Of a stretch of DNA of 64,000 bases, positions 27,015-37,133 are shown piece after piece. Source of the stretch: Dehalococcoidia bacterium (lineage in GTDB: Bacteria > Chloroflexota > Dehalococcoidia > Lucifugimonadales > Australimonadaceae). The notes under the pieces are model-generated. The model did no database searches and was not told the DNA's origin. It was given only the letters and a program-made list of their open reading frames with translations. Every line of letters starts with the position of its first letter. Position 1 is the stretch's first letter. The stretch spans positions 1,933,594-1,997,593 of the forward strand of contig CBDFLS010000002.1 of NCBI GenBank assembly GCA_965249185.1, in the 5' to 3' direction. Position numbers and translations under genes: made by a program.

Positions 27015-28079
27015 ATGAAAGCGCTCGTTCTCTGTGGTGGAAAGGGGACCCGGCTCCGGCCACTGACCTATGCCATCCCCAAGCAGTTGATTCCCGTGGC
27101 CAACCGGCCCATCGTTGCCTACGTGCTGGGTCACATCGTGGAAGCCGGTATCGACAATGTTGGGGTCATCGTGTCGTCGGAAACCGGCGATCAGACCCGG
27201 GAGACGATCACGCGTCTGTTCCCCCGCCTTCGGGTCACTTACATATTCCAGGAGCAACCGCTGGGCCTCGCACATACCGTAACGGTGGCGCGTTCCTACT
27301 TGGGCGATGATCCTTTCGTGATGTATCTGGGCGACAATCTCATCGGTCAGGGCATTCGAGAATTCATAGACCACTTCCAGCGCTCCTCCGCCGACGCGGT
27401 CATCCTGTTAAAAGAGGTTGGCGATCCCCGGTTGTTTGGCGTGGCCGAGGTCGATGATGGCGGGCGTGTGGTGCGCCTGGTGGAGAAGCCTGACCAGCCG
27501 CCCAGCAATCTGGCGCTGGTGGGCCTCTACGTGTTCTCACCGGCTATCCATGACGCGATCCGGCAGACGAAGCCATCCTGGCGAGGGGAGCTGGAGATAA
27601 CCGACGCGGTCCAGGTATTGCTGGAGACGGGCGGCAACGTTCAGAGCCATGTGCTTGAAGGGTGGTGGCTGGACACTGGGAAGAAGGATGATCTGTTGGC
27701 GGCGAACCGCAGGGTGCTGGACGACTGGACCGACCGTGACATACGCGGGCAGGTGGACGATGAGACGAAGGTGAAGGGGCGCGTGGTGGTGATGGACGGC
27801 GCGGTAGTCCAGGGGAGCGAGATCAGGGGGCCGGCGATCATCGGTACTGGCTCCGTGGTCACCGGCTCGACCGTGGGTCCCTATGCGAGCATCGGCGATG
27901 GTTGCGTCATCACGGACTCGTCGTTGGAATGCAGCGTCGTGCTGGATGGAGTCAGGCTCGAGGGGGTAACCCCGATACAGAATAGCGTTATCGGTCGGCA
28001 TGCCATGGTGCGGGCAAGCCATGACAAGCGCCAAGGGGTGCAGCTCATGATCGGCGACGACGCAGAGGTGCTGGTCTAA
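27015..28079 (+). CDS. rmlA: glucose-1-phosphate thymidylyltransferase, long form with C-terminal left-handed beta-helix
   Basis: 354 aa. LCGGKGTRLRPLTYAIPKQLIPV motif and hexapeptide repeats at the C-terminus. Directly followed by rmlC, rmlB and rmlD. Confidence 0.8.
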   Translation: MKALVLCGGKGTRLRPLTYAIPKQLIPVANRPIVAYVLGHIVEAGIDNVGVIVSSETGDQTRETITRLFPRLRVTYIFQEQPLGLAHTVTVARSYLGDDPFVMYLGDNLIGQGIREFIDHFQRSSADAVILLKEVGDPRLFGVAEVDDGGRVVRLVEKPDQPPSNLALVGLYVFSPAIHDAIRQTKPSWRGELEITDAVQVLLETGGNVQSHVLEGWWLDTGKKDDLLAANRRVLDDWTDRDIRGQVDDETKVKGRVVVMDGAVVQGSEIRGPAIIGTGSVVTGSTVGPYASIGDGCVITDSSLECSVVLDGVRLEGVTPIQNSVIGRHAMVRASHDKRQGVQLMIGDDAEVLV

Positions 28080-28649
28080 ATGCCGTTTGACTTCGAACGT
28101 TTATCAATTCCGGAAGTGATTCTCGTCCACCCCCGGGTGTTTGGAGACAGCAGGGGGTTCTTCCTTGAGAGTTACAAGCACTCAGACTTTGCCGGTAACG
28201 GTATCCCGGCGCAGTTTGTCCAGGACAACTACTCCCGGTCGGCCCATGCGGTCCTTCGTGGATTGCATTACCAAACGGAGCCGGCGGCGCAGGGGAAGCT
28301 GGTGATGGTGGTCTCTGGAGAGATATTCGATGTCGCGGTAGACATTCGAGACGGCTCGCCCACTTATGGGAAATGGGCGAGTGCCGTCCTCTCCGCTGAG
28401 AACCATAGGCTGCTATACGTACCCCCTGGGTTTGCCCACGGGTTCTGTGTGCTAAGCAGCACCGCCGATGTGCTGTATAAGGTCACCGGCGAGTATTCGG
28501 CAGCGCACGAGCGGGGCATACTGTGGAACGACCCGCAGATCGGCATCGATTGGCCAATTACGCAGCCGGAACTCTCCGAACGGGACAAAATGCTTCCTCT
28601 CTTGCAACAAGCGGACAACAACTTCCGCTATCGGGGCGGTGATTCGTGA
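28080..28649 (+). CDS. rmlC: dTDP-4-dehydrorhamnose 3,5-epimerase
   Basis: 189 aa. FGDSRGFFLESY, LRGLHYQ and GFAHGF motifs. Confidence 0.9.
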   Translation: MPFDFERLSIPEVILVHPRVFGDSRGFFLESYKHSDFAGNGIPAQFVQDNYSRSAHAVLRGLHYQTEPAAQGKLVMVVSGEIFDVAVDIRDGSPTYGKWASAVLSAENHRLLYVPPGFAHGFCVLSSTADVLYKVTGEYSAAHERGILWNDPQIGIDWPITQPELSERDKMLPLLQQADNNFRYRGGDS

Positions 28650-29692
28650 CCACCATTCTCGTTACCGGCGGCTGCGGCTTTATCGGGAGTCACTTTGTTG
28701 AACTGCTGCTCGGTTCGACAGATTGGCGGGTAGTGAACCTGGATAAGCTAACGTATGCGGGGAATCCCCAGAACTTGGCTGGAGTCCGGGAGAGCGAGCG
28801 ATACCGTTTTGTGAAGGGTGACATCGCAGATCGGAAGTGCGTTGAGGAGCTGTTCGATGAGGAACGCCCCGACCTTGTCGCCAACTTTGCCGCGGAGTCT
28901 CATGTGGACCGCAGCATACTGGACGCCTCAGTATTTCTTCGTACAAATGTTGAAGGGACACATACGCTGCTTGAGGCCGCCCGTAAGCACAAGGCGCGCC
29001 GTTTCCTCCAGGTCTCAACCGACGAGGTCTATGGGGATATCGAAGGTAAGGAATCGTGCCGAGAGGATGCGTCGTTGTTGCCGAGCAGCCCTTACGCCGC
29101 CAGCAAGGCCGCCGCCGACCTGTTGGCCTTAGCGTATCAGCGAACCCACGACGTGCCGCTGTTGATCAGCCGGAGTTCGAATGTCTATGGCCCTCGGCAG
29201 TTCCCAGAGAAGTTGATACCTTTATTGATAAGGAAAGCGCTAGCCGGTGAGGCGCTTCCGATCTATGGAGATGGCGAGCAAAAGCGACATTGGCTTTACG
29301 TTACAGACAACTGCCGTGCGCTGTTGGCGTTGATGGCGGCTGATGGTCTGGAGGGAATCTATAACGTGGGCCACGATGAACAGCGCTCCAATCTGGAGAT
29401 CGTCCAGCTGGTGTGCGCCGCGCTGAGCAAAGAGACTGGGCTGAGGGAGGACCAATTTACGAACCTGGTCACGCTTGTCGCCGACAGGCCCGGTCACGAT
29501 CGTCGATATGCCATGGATTCGACAAAAGTGGCGCGGGAGACCGGCTGGGCTCCGACGACGAGTTTTGACGCAGGGCTCACGGCTACGGTGCGGTGGTATC
29601 TTGCCAACCCATCCTGGGCAGAGGGCGCCATGACGGGGGAGAACCGTCAGTTCTTTGACAAGGTGTATAACCGAAGGTGGGAAAATTCCTAA
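28646..29692 (+). CDS. rmlB: dTDP-glucose 4,6-dehydratase
   Basis: 348 aa. TGGCGFIGSH, STDEVYG, YAASKAA and DRPGHDRRYA motifs. Confidence 0.9.
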   Translation: MTTILVTGGCGFIGSHFVELLLGSTDWRVVNLDKLTYAGNPQNLAGVRESERYRFVKGDIADRKCVEELFDEERPDLVANFAAESHVDRSILDASVFLRTNVEGTHTLLEAARKHKARRFLQVSTDEVYGDIEGKESCREDASLLPSSPYAASKAAADLLALAYQRTHDVPLLISRSSNVYGPRQFPEKLIPLLIRKALAGEALPIYGDGEQKRHWLYVTDNCRALLALMAADGLEGIYNVGHDEQRSNLEIVQLVCAALSKETGLREDQFTNLVTLVADRPGHDRRYAMDSTKVARETGWAPTTSFDAGLTATVRWYLANPSWAEGAMTGENRQFFDKVYNRRWENS

Positions 29693-29693
29693 T

Positions 29694-30557
29694 ATGATGA
29701 AAGTCGCAGTCGTCGGCTGCACGGGCCAGCTCGGGACAGACCTCGTCAAGGTTCTCACGGCGGGAGGGGAGCATTCTGTGGTCCCCATAAGTCATGAGGA
29801 GGTGGACTGCACTGACTCGGAAGCAACTCGAAGAGCGCTTGGTGATGCCGCGCCTGATGCGGTGGTCAACTGCGCCGCCTTTGTGCGCGTGGATGATTGT
29901 GAGGACCACCCCGAAGAGGCGTTAGCCATCAACGTCCTTGGCTCGTTGAATGTCGCGCGCGCCTGTGCGGAGAGCGGAACACTTTGCGTCTACGTGAGCA
30001 CTGATTACGTTTTTGATGGCGGGAAAGGCTCTGCATACACGGAGCGGGATACTCCGCTGCCGATTAATGTCTATGGGACATCCAAGCTGGCAGGGGAGTA
30101 CATGGTGCGGCAGGCGGCCAAGGATTGGCTGATCGTGCGCACCTCCAGCCTCTTCGGCATCACGGGAGCTCGGGGCAAGGGCGGCAATTTCATCGAGACG
30201 ATTCTCTCTCGCGCTCGGGCTGGTCAGCCGCTGAATGTTATCGACGATATTCGCATGTCGCCGACCTATACGGTTGATGCGGCTCAAGCGCTTGCGCGGC
30301 TCATTTCGGATGGGACAACGGGTGTGGTGCATGTGGCTAACAAGGGCACATGCTCCTGGTATGAGCTTGCCAAAGCGGCGGTGGAGCGGGTGGGGATTCC
30401 CGTGGATGTGGCCCCGGTGCCGGCTTCCACCTATCCGTCCAAGGCACAACGCCCGAGGGATTCATCGCTGGCGAGCGATCGGCTGTCCGCCGGAGATACA
30501 CCTCGGCTGTGGCGGGAGGCGCTAGAGGCGTACCTACGCGAGAAGGGGCATATCTAG
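29694..30557 (+). CDS. rmlD: dTDP-4-dehydrorhamnose reductase
   Basis: 287 aa from the ATG 1 nt after the rmlB stop. GCTGQLG, STDYVFDG and YGTSKLAGE motifs. Confidence 0.85.
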   Translation: MMKVAVVGCTGQLGTDLVKVLTAGGEHSVVPISHEEVDCTDSEATRRALGDAAPDAVVNCAAFVRVDDCEDHPEEALAINVLGSLNVARACAESGTLCVYVSTDYVFDGGKGSAYTERDTPLPINVYGTSKLAGEYMVRQAAKDWLIVRTSSLFGITGARGKGGNFIETILSRARAGQPLNVIDDIRMSPTYTVDAAQALARLISDGTTGVVHVANKGTCSWYELAKAAVERVGIPVDVAPVPASTYPSKAQRPRDSSLASDRLSAGDTPRLWREALEAYLREKGHI

Positions 30558-30604
30558 CAAGCAGCCTCGGAGCCCGGGAGGTCCGGGCGGAACTGGAGCG
30601 AGAC

Positions 30605-31285
30605 GTGCTTTCAGTCGTCCTTAGAACAAAGAACGAATCGCAGTGGATCGGGCGCTGTCTCAGCGCTCTCTCCGCGCAGAACTATCCGGCGGTTGAGATC
30701 ATCGTGGTGGACAATCAGTCCGTGGATGGGACGCTGGACATCATCGGCCGGTACGATTGCAAGGTGCTGAGCATTAGCGATAAGGACTTTACGTTTGGCC
30801 GGTCCCTCAACTTGGGGATACGGGAGTCATCGGGGGAGTATGTGGCTATTCTCTCGGGCCATTGCATCCCCGTGGATGACCAGTGGCTGAGTATGCTGCG
30901 AGCGGGGTTCCTCGATGAGTCCGTTGCCGGCGTCTATGGGCGCCAGTTGCCGTTGCCGGATACCTCTCCCTATGACAAGCGGGACTTGTGGACCACGTTC
31001 GGTATTGAGCAAAGGGTGCAGCATCAAGACTTCTTCTTTCACAATGCCAACTCCATAATCCGCCGCGCAGTGTGGGAGGAGATACCCTTTGACGAGGAGA
31101 TCGCCGGAGTTGAGGACAGGGAGTGGGCGAAAGAGGTCATCAGATGCGGGTATCAGATCGTGTATCAGCCGTTGGCAAGCGTCTTCCACTACCATGGCAT
31201 TCATCACGGGCGCAACGAGGAACGCTCGACGCGAGTCGCCAAGGTGATTGAGCTTATTCAGCAGCGAGGCCGCTCGCATGCCTAA
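30605..31285 (+). CDS. family 2 glycosyltransferase (GT-A)
   Basis: About 226 aa from GTG 30605 (the track ORF starts at 30509). Has LSVVLRTKNES...VVDNQSVDGT and an EDREWA motif. The stop overlaps the next ATG (ATGCCTAA). Confidence 0.75.
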   Translation: MLSVVLRTKNESQWIGRCLSALSAQNYPAVEIIVVDNQSVDGTLDIIGRYDCKVLSISDKDFTFGRSLNLGIRESSGEYVAILSGHCIPVDDQWLSMLRAGFLDESVAGVYGRQLPLPDTSPYDKRDLWTTFGIEQRVQHQDFFFHNANSIIRRAVWEEIPFDEEIAGVEDREWAKEVIRCGYQIVYQPLASVFHYHGIHHGRNEERSTRVAKVIELIQQRGRSHA

Positions 31286-31988
31286 CGATCTCCACGTGGT
31301 CTCCATTATTCCCGCCAGGGGGGGCTCCAAAGGCATTCCGAGAAAGAATGTGCGTGTCGTTGGTGGGAAGCCGCTGGTCGCTTGGAGTGTCGAAGCATCG
31401 CTGAAGTGCGCGCTCATCGACCGAACGATCGTCTCCACCGACGATGAGGAGATTGCGGGAGTGGCCCGTGAGTATGGGGCGGAGGTGCCCTTTATGCGGC
31501 CCGCTGAGCTCGCCGCGGACCGGGCCGGCACCGAGGGTGTCCTGCAGCACGCGGTGGACTGGCTGGAGCAGAAGGATGGGTACCGGGTTGATATTCTCGT
31601 CTTTCTTCAGCCGACGGATATATTTCGCAAGCAGAGCTGGGTGGGGGAAGTGGTCCAGGCCCTCATGGATGATCCGGGTTTGGAATCGTGCTTTGTGGGG
31701 TATGAGACCTACAAGAACTTCTGGCAGGTCCGTGATGGAGCGTTTGTCCCGTTGAGCCATCGGGGCTACGGGCCTCGGCAGACCAAGTCGAGCGTTATTC
31801 GGGAGGACACGGGGCTCGCGTGTGCCTCCAGAGCTGAAGTTATCAAGGCGGGCAAGCGGGTCGGCGATAGGGTGAAGATCATCCTCACCGATGAGTTTGC
31901 CTGCGGGATCGATGTGCAGTACCCCTTTGACCTCTTCCTAGCGGAGAAGGTGATCACTGAGTGGGGGCTTAAGCCGAATTGGGACTGA
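31278..31988 (+). CDS. CMP-sugar synthetase (acylneuraminate/KDO cytidylyltransferase family)
   Basis: 236 aa. Canonical IIPARGGSKGIPRKN signature, followed by GKPLVAWSVEA. Confidence 0.85.
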   Translation: MPNDLHVVSIIPARGGSKGIPRKNVRVVGGKPLVAWSVEASLKCALIDRTIVSTDDEEIAGVAREYGAEVPFMRPAELAADRAGTEGVLQHAVDWLEQKDGYRVDILVFLQPTDIFRKQSWVGEVVQALMDDPGLESCFVGYETYKNFWQVRDGAFVPLSHRGYGPRQTKSSVIREDTGLACASRAEVIKAGKRVGDRVKIILTDEFACGIDVQYPFDLFLAEKVITEWGLKPNWD

Positions 31989-32011
31989 AGAGGGAGGGTC
32001 GGTTCATCGAT

Positions 32012-32704
32012 ATGCGAGTCCTAGCGATTATTGCGGTCCGCAGCTGCGACGGCGAGGTGAATGGCAGCCCCGTTGTGCTTTCGAACAAGCCGCTGTTGGC
32101 GTACGCGGTTGAAGCATCATTGGCGAGTGAGTCCGTGGACCGAACAGTGGTCACGACGGATAGCCCGTCGCTGCGGGACCTGGCCGTCGGTCTAGGGGCG
32201 GAGGCACCCTTCCTGAGACCCGCCGAGCTGGCGGCGCCGGGAGTGGGGCTGAATGAAGTCCTGCAACATTGTCTGGCGTGGCTCGAAATCAACGACGATT
32301 ATCTACCGGACATCGTTGTTTGCCTGGAGGTGTCCCATCCCCTGCGGCCAGAAGGGCTCATCGATCAGGTGGTTGGGGTTTTGGAGGACAACCAGTTGGA
32401 CACGGCGTTCACTGTGTACGAAGAGCGGCACGCATTCTGGCAACTGGACCCGTACGGTGAGCCGCACCGGGTCGGAAGCGAAGAGATGGGGGCTAGAAGC
32501 GGCGCTCAGCCGTTATATCGCGAAGTTGCCGGCCTCGTGTTGGCCTGCCGTGCGGACCTCATCCGCCAGGCGAAGCGTGTTGGAGACAACGTAGCCATTG
32601 TGCCTATTCACGAAGCCTACGCTTTGGTAGATACCCAGGACCCCCTCGGCCTGGTGTTGGCTGAGCACATACTGAGTCGGGGCGGTCTCATCTCAAGCAA
32701 CTGA
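32012..32704 (+). CDS. cytidylyltransferase-family paralog with degenerate nucleotide-binding signature
   Basis: 230 aa, alignable by eye to the upstream paralog (PFLRPAELAA, VLQHCLAWLE). The signature loop reads IIAVRSCDGEVNGSPVVLSNKPLL instead of IIPARGGSKGIPRKN. Confidence 0.75.
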   Translation: MRVLAIIAVRSCDGEVNGSPVVLSNKPLLAYAVEASLASESVDRTVVTTDSPSLRDLAVGLGAEAPFLRPAELAAPGVGLNEVLQHCLAWLEINDDYLPDIVVCLEVSHPLRPEGLIDQVVGVLEDNQLDTAFTVYEERHAFWQLDPYGEPHRVGSEEMGARSGAQPLYREVAGLVLACRADLIRQAKRVGDNVAIVPIHEAYALVDTQDPLGLVLAEHILSRGGLISSN

Positions 32705-32744
32705 CAGGGCCGCAATTCACAAGTAGGGGGAACGATCGGAGCCT

Positions 32745-33854
32745 ATGAAAACCGCATTAATCCTAGGGAGTGGAATGGCAGGGTCTACCGCTGCTTTCTT
32801 GCTGAAGAAGCGGGGATTCCAGGTGACAGTTTTGGAGGGCGATGGTCACGCGGGGGGCGGTGTCTGGACACGCTACTACGCAGGCCATCCCCATACGTTC
32901 GGTCCTCGCATCTTCTTCTCCAAGGATGAGCAGGTTATTGAGCTCTTGACCAGCCTCATAGAGATACGGGAGTTCTTCACACGGGCTTGGACGTTCGTTG
33001 AAGAGGACCAGCAGCTATACCATTATCCGCTGCAATATGCGGACCTCCCCACTATGCCAGATTACGACCAGGTCCGTGAGGAGCTGGACGAGCGGGAGGG
33101 GAAGACGCCAAGCACGGACGACTTTGAGGCCTATTGGCAAAGCGCCATTGGCCCGACCTTATACGGTAAGTTTGTGAGGGACTACTCGAAGAAGATGTGG
33201 GGAATCGAGTCAAACCGACAGCTAACCGCCAATTGGGACTGGGTAAATCGAGGCACCCCGATCCGCGATGGCGACGACCGGCTATACACCGACCAGTTCC
33301 AGGGCTATCCCCGGGACCCGCGTGGATACAATGGCTATTTCGAGAGGGCCCTGGAGGGATGCGATGCCCGGTATGGGTGCAGAGTCCAGAGATTCGATCC
33401 CGACCGGGGCGTCGTCCACTCCGACCAGGGAGAACTCACGGCTGACGTCATCATAAATTCTGTCCACGTCGATGCGCTGTTCGGCTTCGAATTCGGGAGA
33501 TTGCAATACTCGGGGCGGCAGTTCATCCCCCTCTGGTTGCCGGTTGAGCATGCGTTGCCCGAGGACGTCACGTGGATCCACTACAGCGGCAAGGAAGAGC
33601 ACACTCGGGTCACGGAGTTCAAGAAGATTACGGGATACAAGTCGGAAAGCACGTTGCTGGGGCTGGAGGTGCCGTCGAACCGGGGGAGATACTACCCGGT
33701 GCAGACTCCTCCGGAGGTTACGCGTTACCAGGAATACACAAAGCTATTCCCGCGTAACTTCTCCTCCATTGGAAGACTGGGGACGTTTCAATACAAGGGA
33801 ATTCCCGATGCGATACGTGATGCAATCGACGCGGTGGACGAGTTGACGAGTTGA
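32745..33854 (+). CDS. glf: UDP-galactopyranose mutase
   Basis: 369 aa. GSGMAGSTAA FAD-binding N-terminus, FGPRIFF, and C-terminal GRLGTFQYKGIPDAI. Confidence 0.75.
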   Translation: MKTALILGSGMAGSTAAFLLKKRGFQVTVLEGDGHAGGGVWTRYYAGHPHTFGPRIFFSKDEQVIELLTSLIEIREFFTRAWTFVEEDQQLYHYPLQYADLPTMPDYDQVREELDEREGKTPSTDDFEAYWQSAIGPTLYGKFVRDYSKKMWGIESNRQLTANWDWVNRGTPIRDGDDRLYTDQFQGYPRDPRGYNGYFERALEGCDARYGCRVQRFDPDRGVVHSDQGELTADVIINSVHVDALFGFEFGRLQYSGRQFIPLWLPVEHALPEDVTWIHYSGKEEHTRVTEFKKITGYKSESTLLGLEVPSNRGRYYPVQTPPEVTRYQEYTKLFPRNFSSIGRLGTFQYKGIPDAIRDAIDAVDELTS

Positions 33855-34747
33855 CCAGGGCAGTTATCACGGGAGGGGCGGGTTTCATAGGGTCGCATGT
33901 TGCCGACCTTCTTCTCTCGGAGGGGTGGGAGTTGATCGTTATCGATGACCTCTCCACGGGTAACCCAGCCAACCTGGACCCCAGGGCGGAGCTTGTAGAG
34001 GGCAGCATCCTTGATACGGACTTGCTGAAGCGGCACTTTGCCGGGGCGGATTATGTGTTCCATCTTGCGGCGCTTCCACGGATTCAGCCCTCTTTCGATT
34101 CGCCGGTGGAGCATGAACGAATCAATGTGGAGGGCACGATCAGCTGCCTCCTGGCGGCCAGGGAAAATCGGCAGCTCAAAAAATTCGTGCTTTCGTCTTC
34201 GTCGGCGTGCTACGGCACTCCCAGTGAGCTCCCAACCACCGAGCTGGCGGCTATCTCGTGCACGAACCCTTATGCGCTACAAAAGTACACGAGCGAGCAA
34301 TACGGCCTGATCCTTGGCAGACACTTCGGTATACCCCTGGTGTCTCTGCGCTATTTCAACGCCTATGGCCAGAGGTCTTTTAACCCAAAGAATCCGTTTA
34401 ACGCCTATAGCTCCGTGATTGGCGTTTTCCATCGGCAAAAAAAAGAGGGGAAGCCGCTGACCGTAACGGGAGATGGAAAGCAAGCGCGAGATTTCGTGCA
34501 TGTGTGGGACATTGCCCAAGCCAACCTATTGGCCGCGCTGTCCGATAAGGAATTCGAGGTGTTTAACGTCGGATCGGGCACTTCCGTATCGATAAATGAA
34601 TTGGCCGGGTTGTTTGGAGGCCCCATAACCTATATCCCTGAGCGCAAGGGCGAGGCGCTCATAACTTGGGCGGATATCTCCAAGATCAGCGCGGAGCTCG
34701 GCTGGGAGCCTCGGATCACTCTCTCCGAGGGCATGCGGAATCTTTAG
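33851..34747 (+). CDS. NAD-dependent sugar epimerase/dehydratase (UDP-glucose 4-epimerase-like)
   Basis: 298 aa, TTG start overlapping the glf stop. TGGAGFIGSH and YALQK (YxxxK) motifs. Confidence 0.8.
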   Translation: MTRAVITGGAGFIGSHVADLLLSEGWELIVIDDLSTGNPANLDPRAELVEGSILDTDLLKRHFAGADYVFHLAALPRIQPSFDSPVEHERINVEGTISCLLAARENRQLKKFVLSSSSACYGTPSELPTTELAAISCTNPYALQKYTSEQYGLILGRHFGIPLVSLRYFNAYGQRSFNPKNPFNAYSSVIGVFHRQKKEGKPLTVTGDGKQARDFVHVWDIAQANLLAALSDKEFEVFNVGSGTSVSINELAGLFGGPITYIPERKGEALITWADISKISAELGWEPRITLSEGMRNL

Positions 34748-34806
34748 TGGGCTGCAACCCAAACGCGAATCTGTAAAGTCTCGACCAATTAAAGGATCTC
34801 TTAGCT

Positions 34807-35931
34807 GTGGACAGCAACACTTCCTTCTACGAATCGCCGGCGGACATGCCCAAAAGCGCCCGGGCCTATTGGGGCGCTATCAGGGAGCGGTATACCTACG
34901 ACGACATCAGTGGCGCTTTGGAGTCCCTCAAGGGCCTTCGCGTTCTCGTGCTGGGCGACCTGGTGATAGACGAGTATTGTTATTGCCGCGTATCCGGGAC
35001 CGTGAGCAAGGCCCCCGTGCTGGCGGCGATTTACGAGGGCATGCAGCGGATGCTGGGTGGGGGAGGGGTTATCGCGCGCCATGCCGCGGAATTGGCTTCT
35101 GAGGTTCATTACGTAGGCACGGTGGGTGCCTTGGACCAGGGCCACGATGAGCTGACGACAATTCTCGAGAACGAGGGCATCACTTCCAAGTTGATAACGT
35201 GGCCGGGGACCCACACCGTGACGAAGCGTCGTTATATAACCGGCGGGTACCCGAACCCCCTCGAATCTTCACCGCATGGAGCCGGCGTTGACCGTAGCAT
35301 TCGGCTCTTCGAGATCGGTTTCATGGCTACAACCCCCTTGCCTAAACAGGTGGAGGAGGAGTTGTGTGCGTACCTGAGCGATATGGCTCCAAAATACGAT
35401 GTGGTTATCGTCGCCGATTTTGGCCACGGTCTGATATCACAGAAGGTGAGAGAAACTATCAGTGCCCGCGCCAATTGGTGGTCGGTCAACGCGCAAACGA
35501 ACTCATCCAATTTCGGGTTCAATAGGATTACGAAGCATGCCAAGGCGGATTTTGTATGTATCGACGAGCTGGAGGCGAGGCTTCCCTCCGGTGATAGAAC
35601 GAGCCGGCTAGGGGATATTGTGCAAGGGCTCCGGGAGTCTCTCGAATGCAGCAGTATCATGGTGACAAGGGGCAAAGAGGGACTGGTGCTCTTTAATGGC
35701 CGCGAGGCCCACGAGGCTCCTGCTTTGGCGAATAGGGTGGTGGACACCGTTGGGGCCGGCGATGCAGTCCTGGCCATGGCCTCTCTCTGTAAGGCGCGTC
35801 ACCTTGATGAGGAGCTCGTGGTGCTGCTGGGCTCCTGCTCGGGGGCATTGGCGGCATGGCAGGTAGGTAATCAGGCGCCGGTCCGCAAGTCTCGGTTGCT
35901 GGGCTACGTCGAAAGCGCTCTGTCCCTGTAG
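34807..35931 (+). CDS. PfkB-family sugar kinase, RfaE/HldE domain-I-like (heptose-7-phosphate kinase)
   Basis: 374 aa. VLVLGDLVIDEY and DTVGAGDA motifs. Sits at the head of the gmhA-gmhB-nucleotidyltransferase string. Confidence 0.7.
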   Translation: MDSNTSFYESPADMPKSARAYWGAIRERYTYDDISGALESLKGLRVLVLGDLVIDEYCYCRVSGTVSKAPVLAAIYEGMQRMLGGGGVIARHAAELASEVHYVGTVGALDQGHDELTTILENEGITSKLITWPGTHTVTKRRYITGGYPNPLESSPHGAGVDRSIRLFEIGFMATTPLPKQVEEELCAYLSDMAPKYDVVIVADFGHGLISQKVRETISARANWWSVNAQTNSSNFGFNRITKHAKADFVCIDELEARLPSGDRTSRLGDIVQGLRESLECSSIMVTRGKEGLVLFNGREAHEAPALANRVVDTVGAGDAVLAMASLCKARHLDEELVVLLGSCSGALAAWQVGNQAPVRKSRLLGYVESALSL

Positions 35932-35974
35932 GTGTGCAGTTGGGAAGCCGGGTTATGAGGCACCGGAGAGGAAC

Positions 35975-36550
35975 ATGATTCCCAGGCAAGTGGCCAAGGA
36001 CTATATCGATGATCTCCGTAGGGTGCTTGGAGAGCTCTCCCTGACGGCTCTGGCCCAATTCCTAGAGCTGTTGAAGGAGGCGCATCAACAGGACAAACAG
36101 GTTTTCCTCATCGGAAATGGAGGGAGCGCGGCGACCGCGTCGCACATGGCCAACGATATGGTCAAGGGAGTGGCGGTGTACGGAGGGCATGGGTTCCGCG
36201 CGCACTCACTTACCGACAATGTCGCTCTGTTCACGGCCATCGCCAACGACCACGGCTACAACCAGGTCTTCGCGGACCAACTGACCACGCTTGCGAAGCC
36301 GCGAGACCTCTTAATCGTGATATCAGGCAGTGGCAACTCTCCGAACATCTTAAGAGCGCTTGAGCGGGCATCCGAGATGGGGCTGGCTACGGTGGGTCTT
36401 CTAGGGAAGGGTGGGGGGAAAGCCGCCGGGCTTGTGGACCTTGCGATCATCGTCCCGTCCGACGACTACGGGCCCATTGAGGATGCGCATATGATGATCG
36501 ATCATCTGGTAATGACTTACTTTCAGCACCTCCAGCGGCCTCAGGGCTGA
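35975..36550 (+). CDS. gmhA: phosphoheptose (sedoheptulose-7-phosphate) isomerase
   Basis: 191 aa SIS-domain protein. GNGGSAATASHMANDM and ISGSGNSPN motifs. Confidence 0.85.
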   Translation: MIPRQVAKDYIDDLRRVLGELSLTALAQFLELLKEAHQQDKQVFLIGNGGSAATASHMANDMVKGVAVYGGHGFRAHSLTDNVALFTAIANDHGYNQVFADQLTTLAKPRDLLIVISGSGNSPNILRALERASEMGLATVGLLGKGGGKAAGLVDLAIIVPSDDYGPIEDAHMMIDHLVMTYFQHLQRPQG

Positions 36551-36554
36551 CAGC

Positions 36555-37130
36555 ATGAGCCGTCCGGGTGTGTTTTTGGACCGGGATGGAGTCCTTATAG
36601 AGGATGCCCACTTGCTCGATCACCCCGACGATGTACGGCTGTACCCATCCGCACCCAAGGCGGTCCGAGAGCTTCATGGCGCCGGCTTCACGGTTGTGGT
36701 CGTGAGCAATCAGACGGTTGTCTCCAGGGGGCTCGCATCGCTAGCCGATGTGGAGGCAGCCAACGAGCGCATTCAAAGGCTGCTGCTGCAGGCATCGAGC
36801 GAGAGAATCGACAGGTTCTATATCTGTCCACACCATCCATCGGCCACGCTTCCTGAATATCGCATCGATTGTGAGTGCCGGAAGCCACGTCCGGGCCTGC
36901 TGCTCCGAGCCGCGGAGGAGATGGACCTGGACCTGGTGGCGAGCCACATGATCGGAGACAGGCTCTCCGATATCGTCGCCGGCTCTAGGGCCGGCTGCAA
37001 AACTATCCTCGTGGAAACGGGGATGCACAATGCGCCGCCCATCGAATCTCCAGACGCGGCGTGGGACGTGAAACCTGATGTGGTCTGCGCTGACTTGGGT
37101 GAGGCGGCCGACTGGATTCTTGGAAACTAG
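36555..37130 (+). CDS. gmhB: D,D-heptose 1,7-bisphosphate phosphatase
   Basis: 191 aa. FLDRDGV motif and the zinc-binding pattern CPHHP...CECRKPRPG. Confidence 0.85.
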   Translation: MSRPGVFLDRDGVLIEDAHLLDHPDDVRLYPSAPKAVRELHGAGFTVVVVSNQTVVSRGLASLADVEAANERIQRLLLQASSERIDRFYICPHHPSATLPEYRIDCECRKPRPGLLLRAAEEMDLDLVASHMIGDRLSDIVAGSRAGCKTILVETGMHNAPPIESPDAAWDVKPDVVCADLGEAADWILGN

Positions 37131-37133
37131 CTG

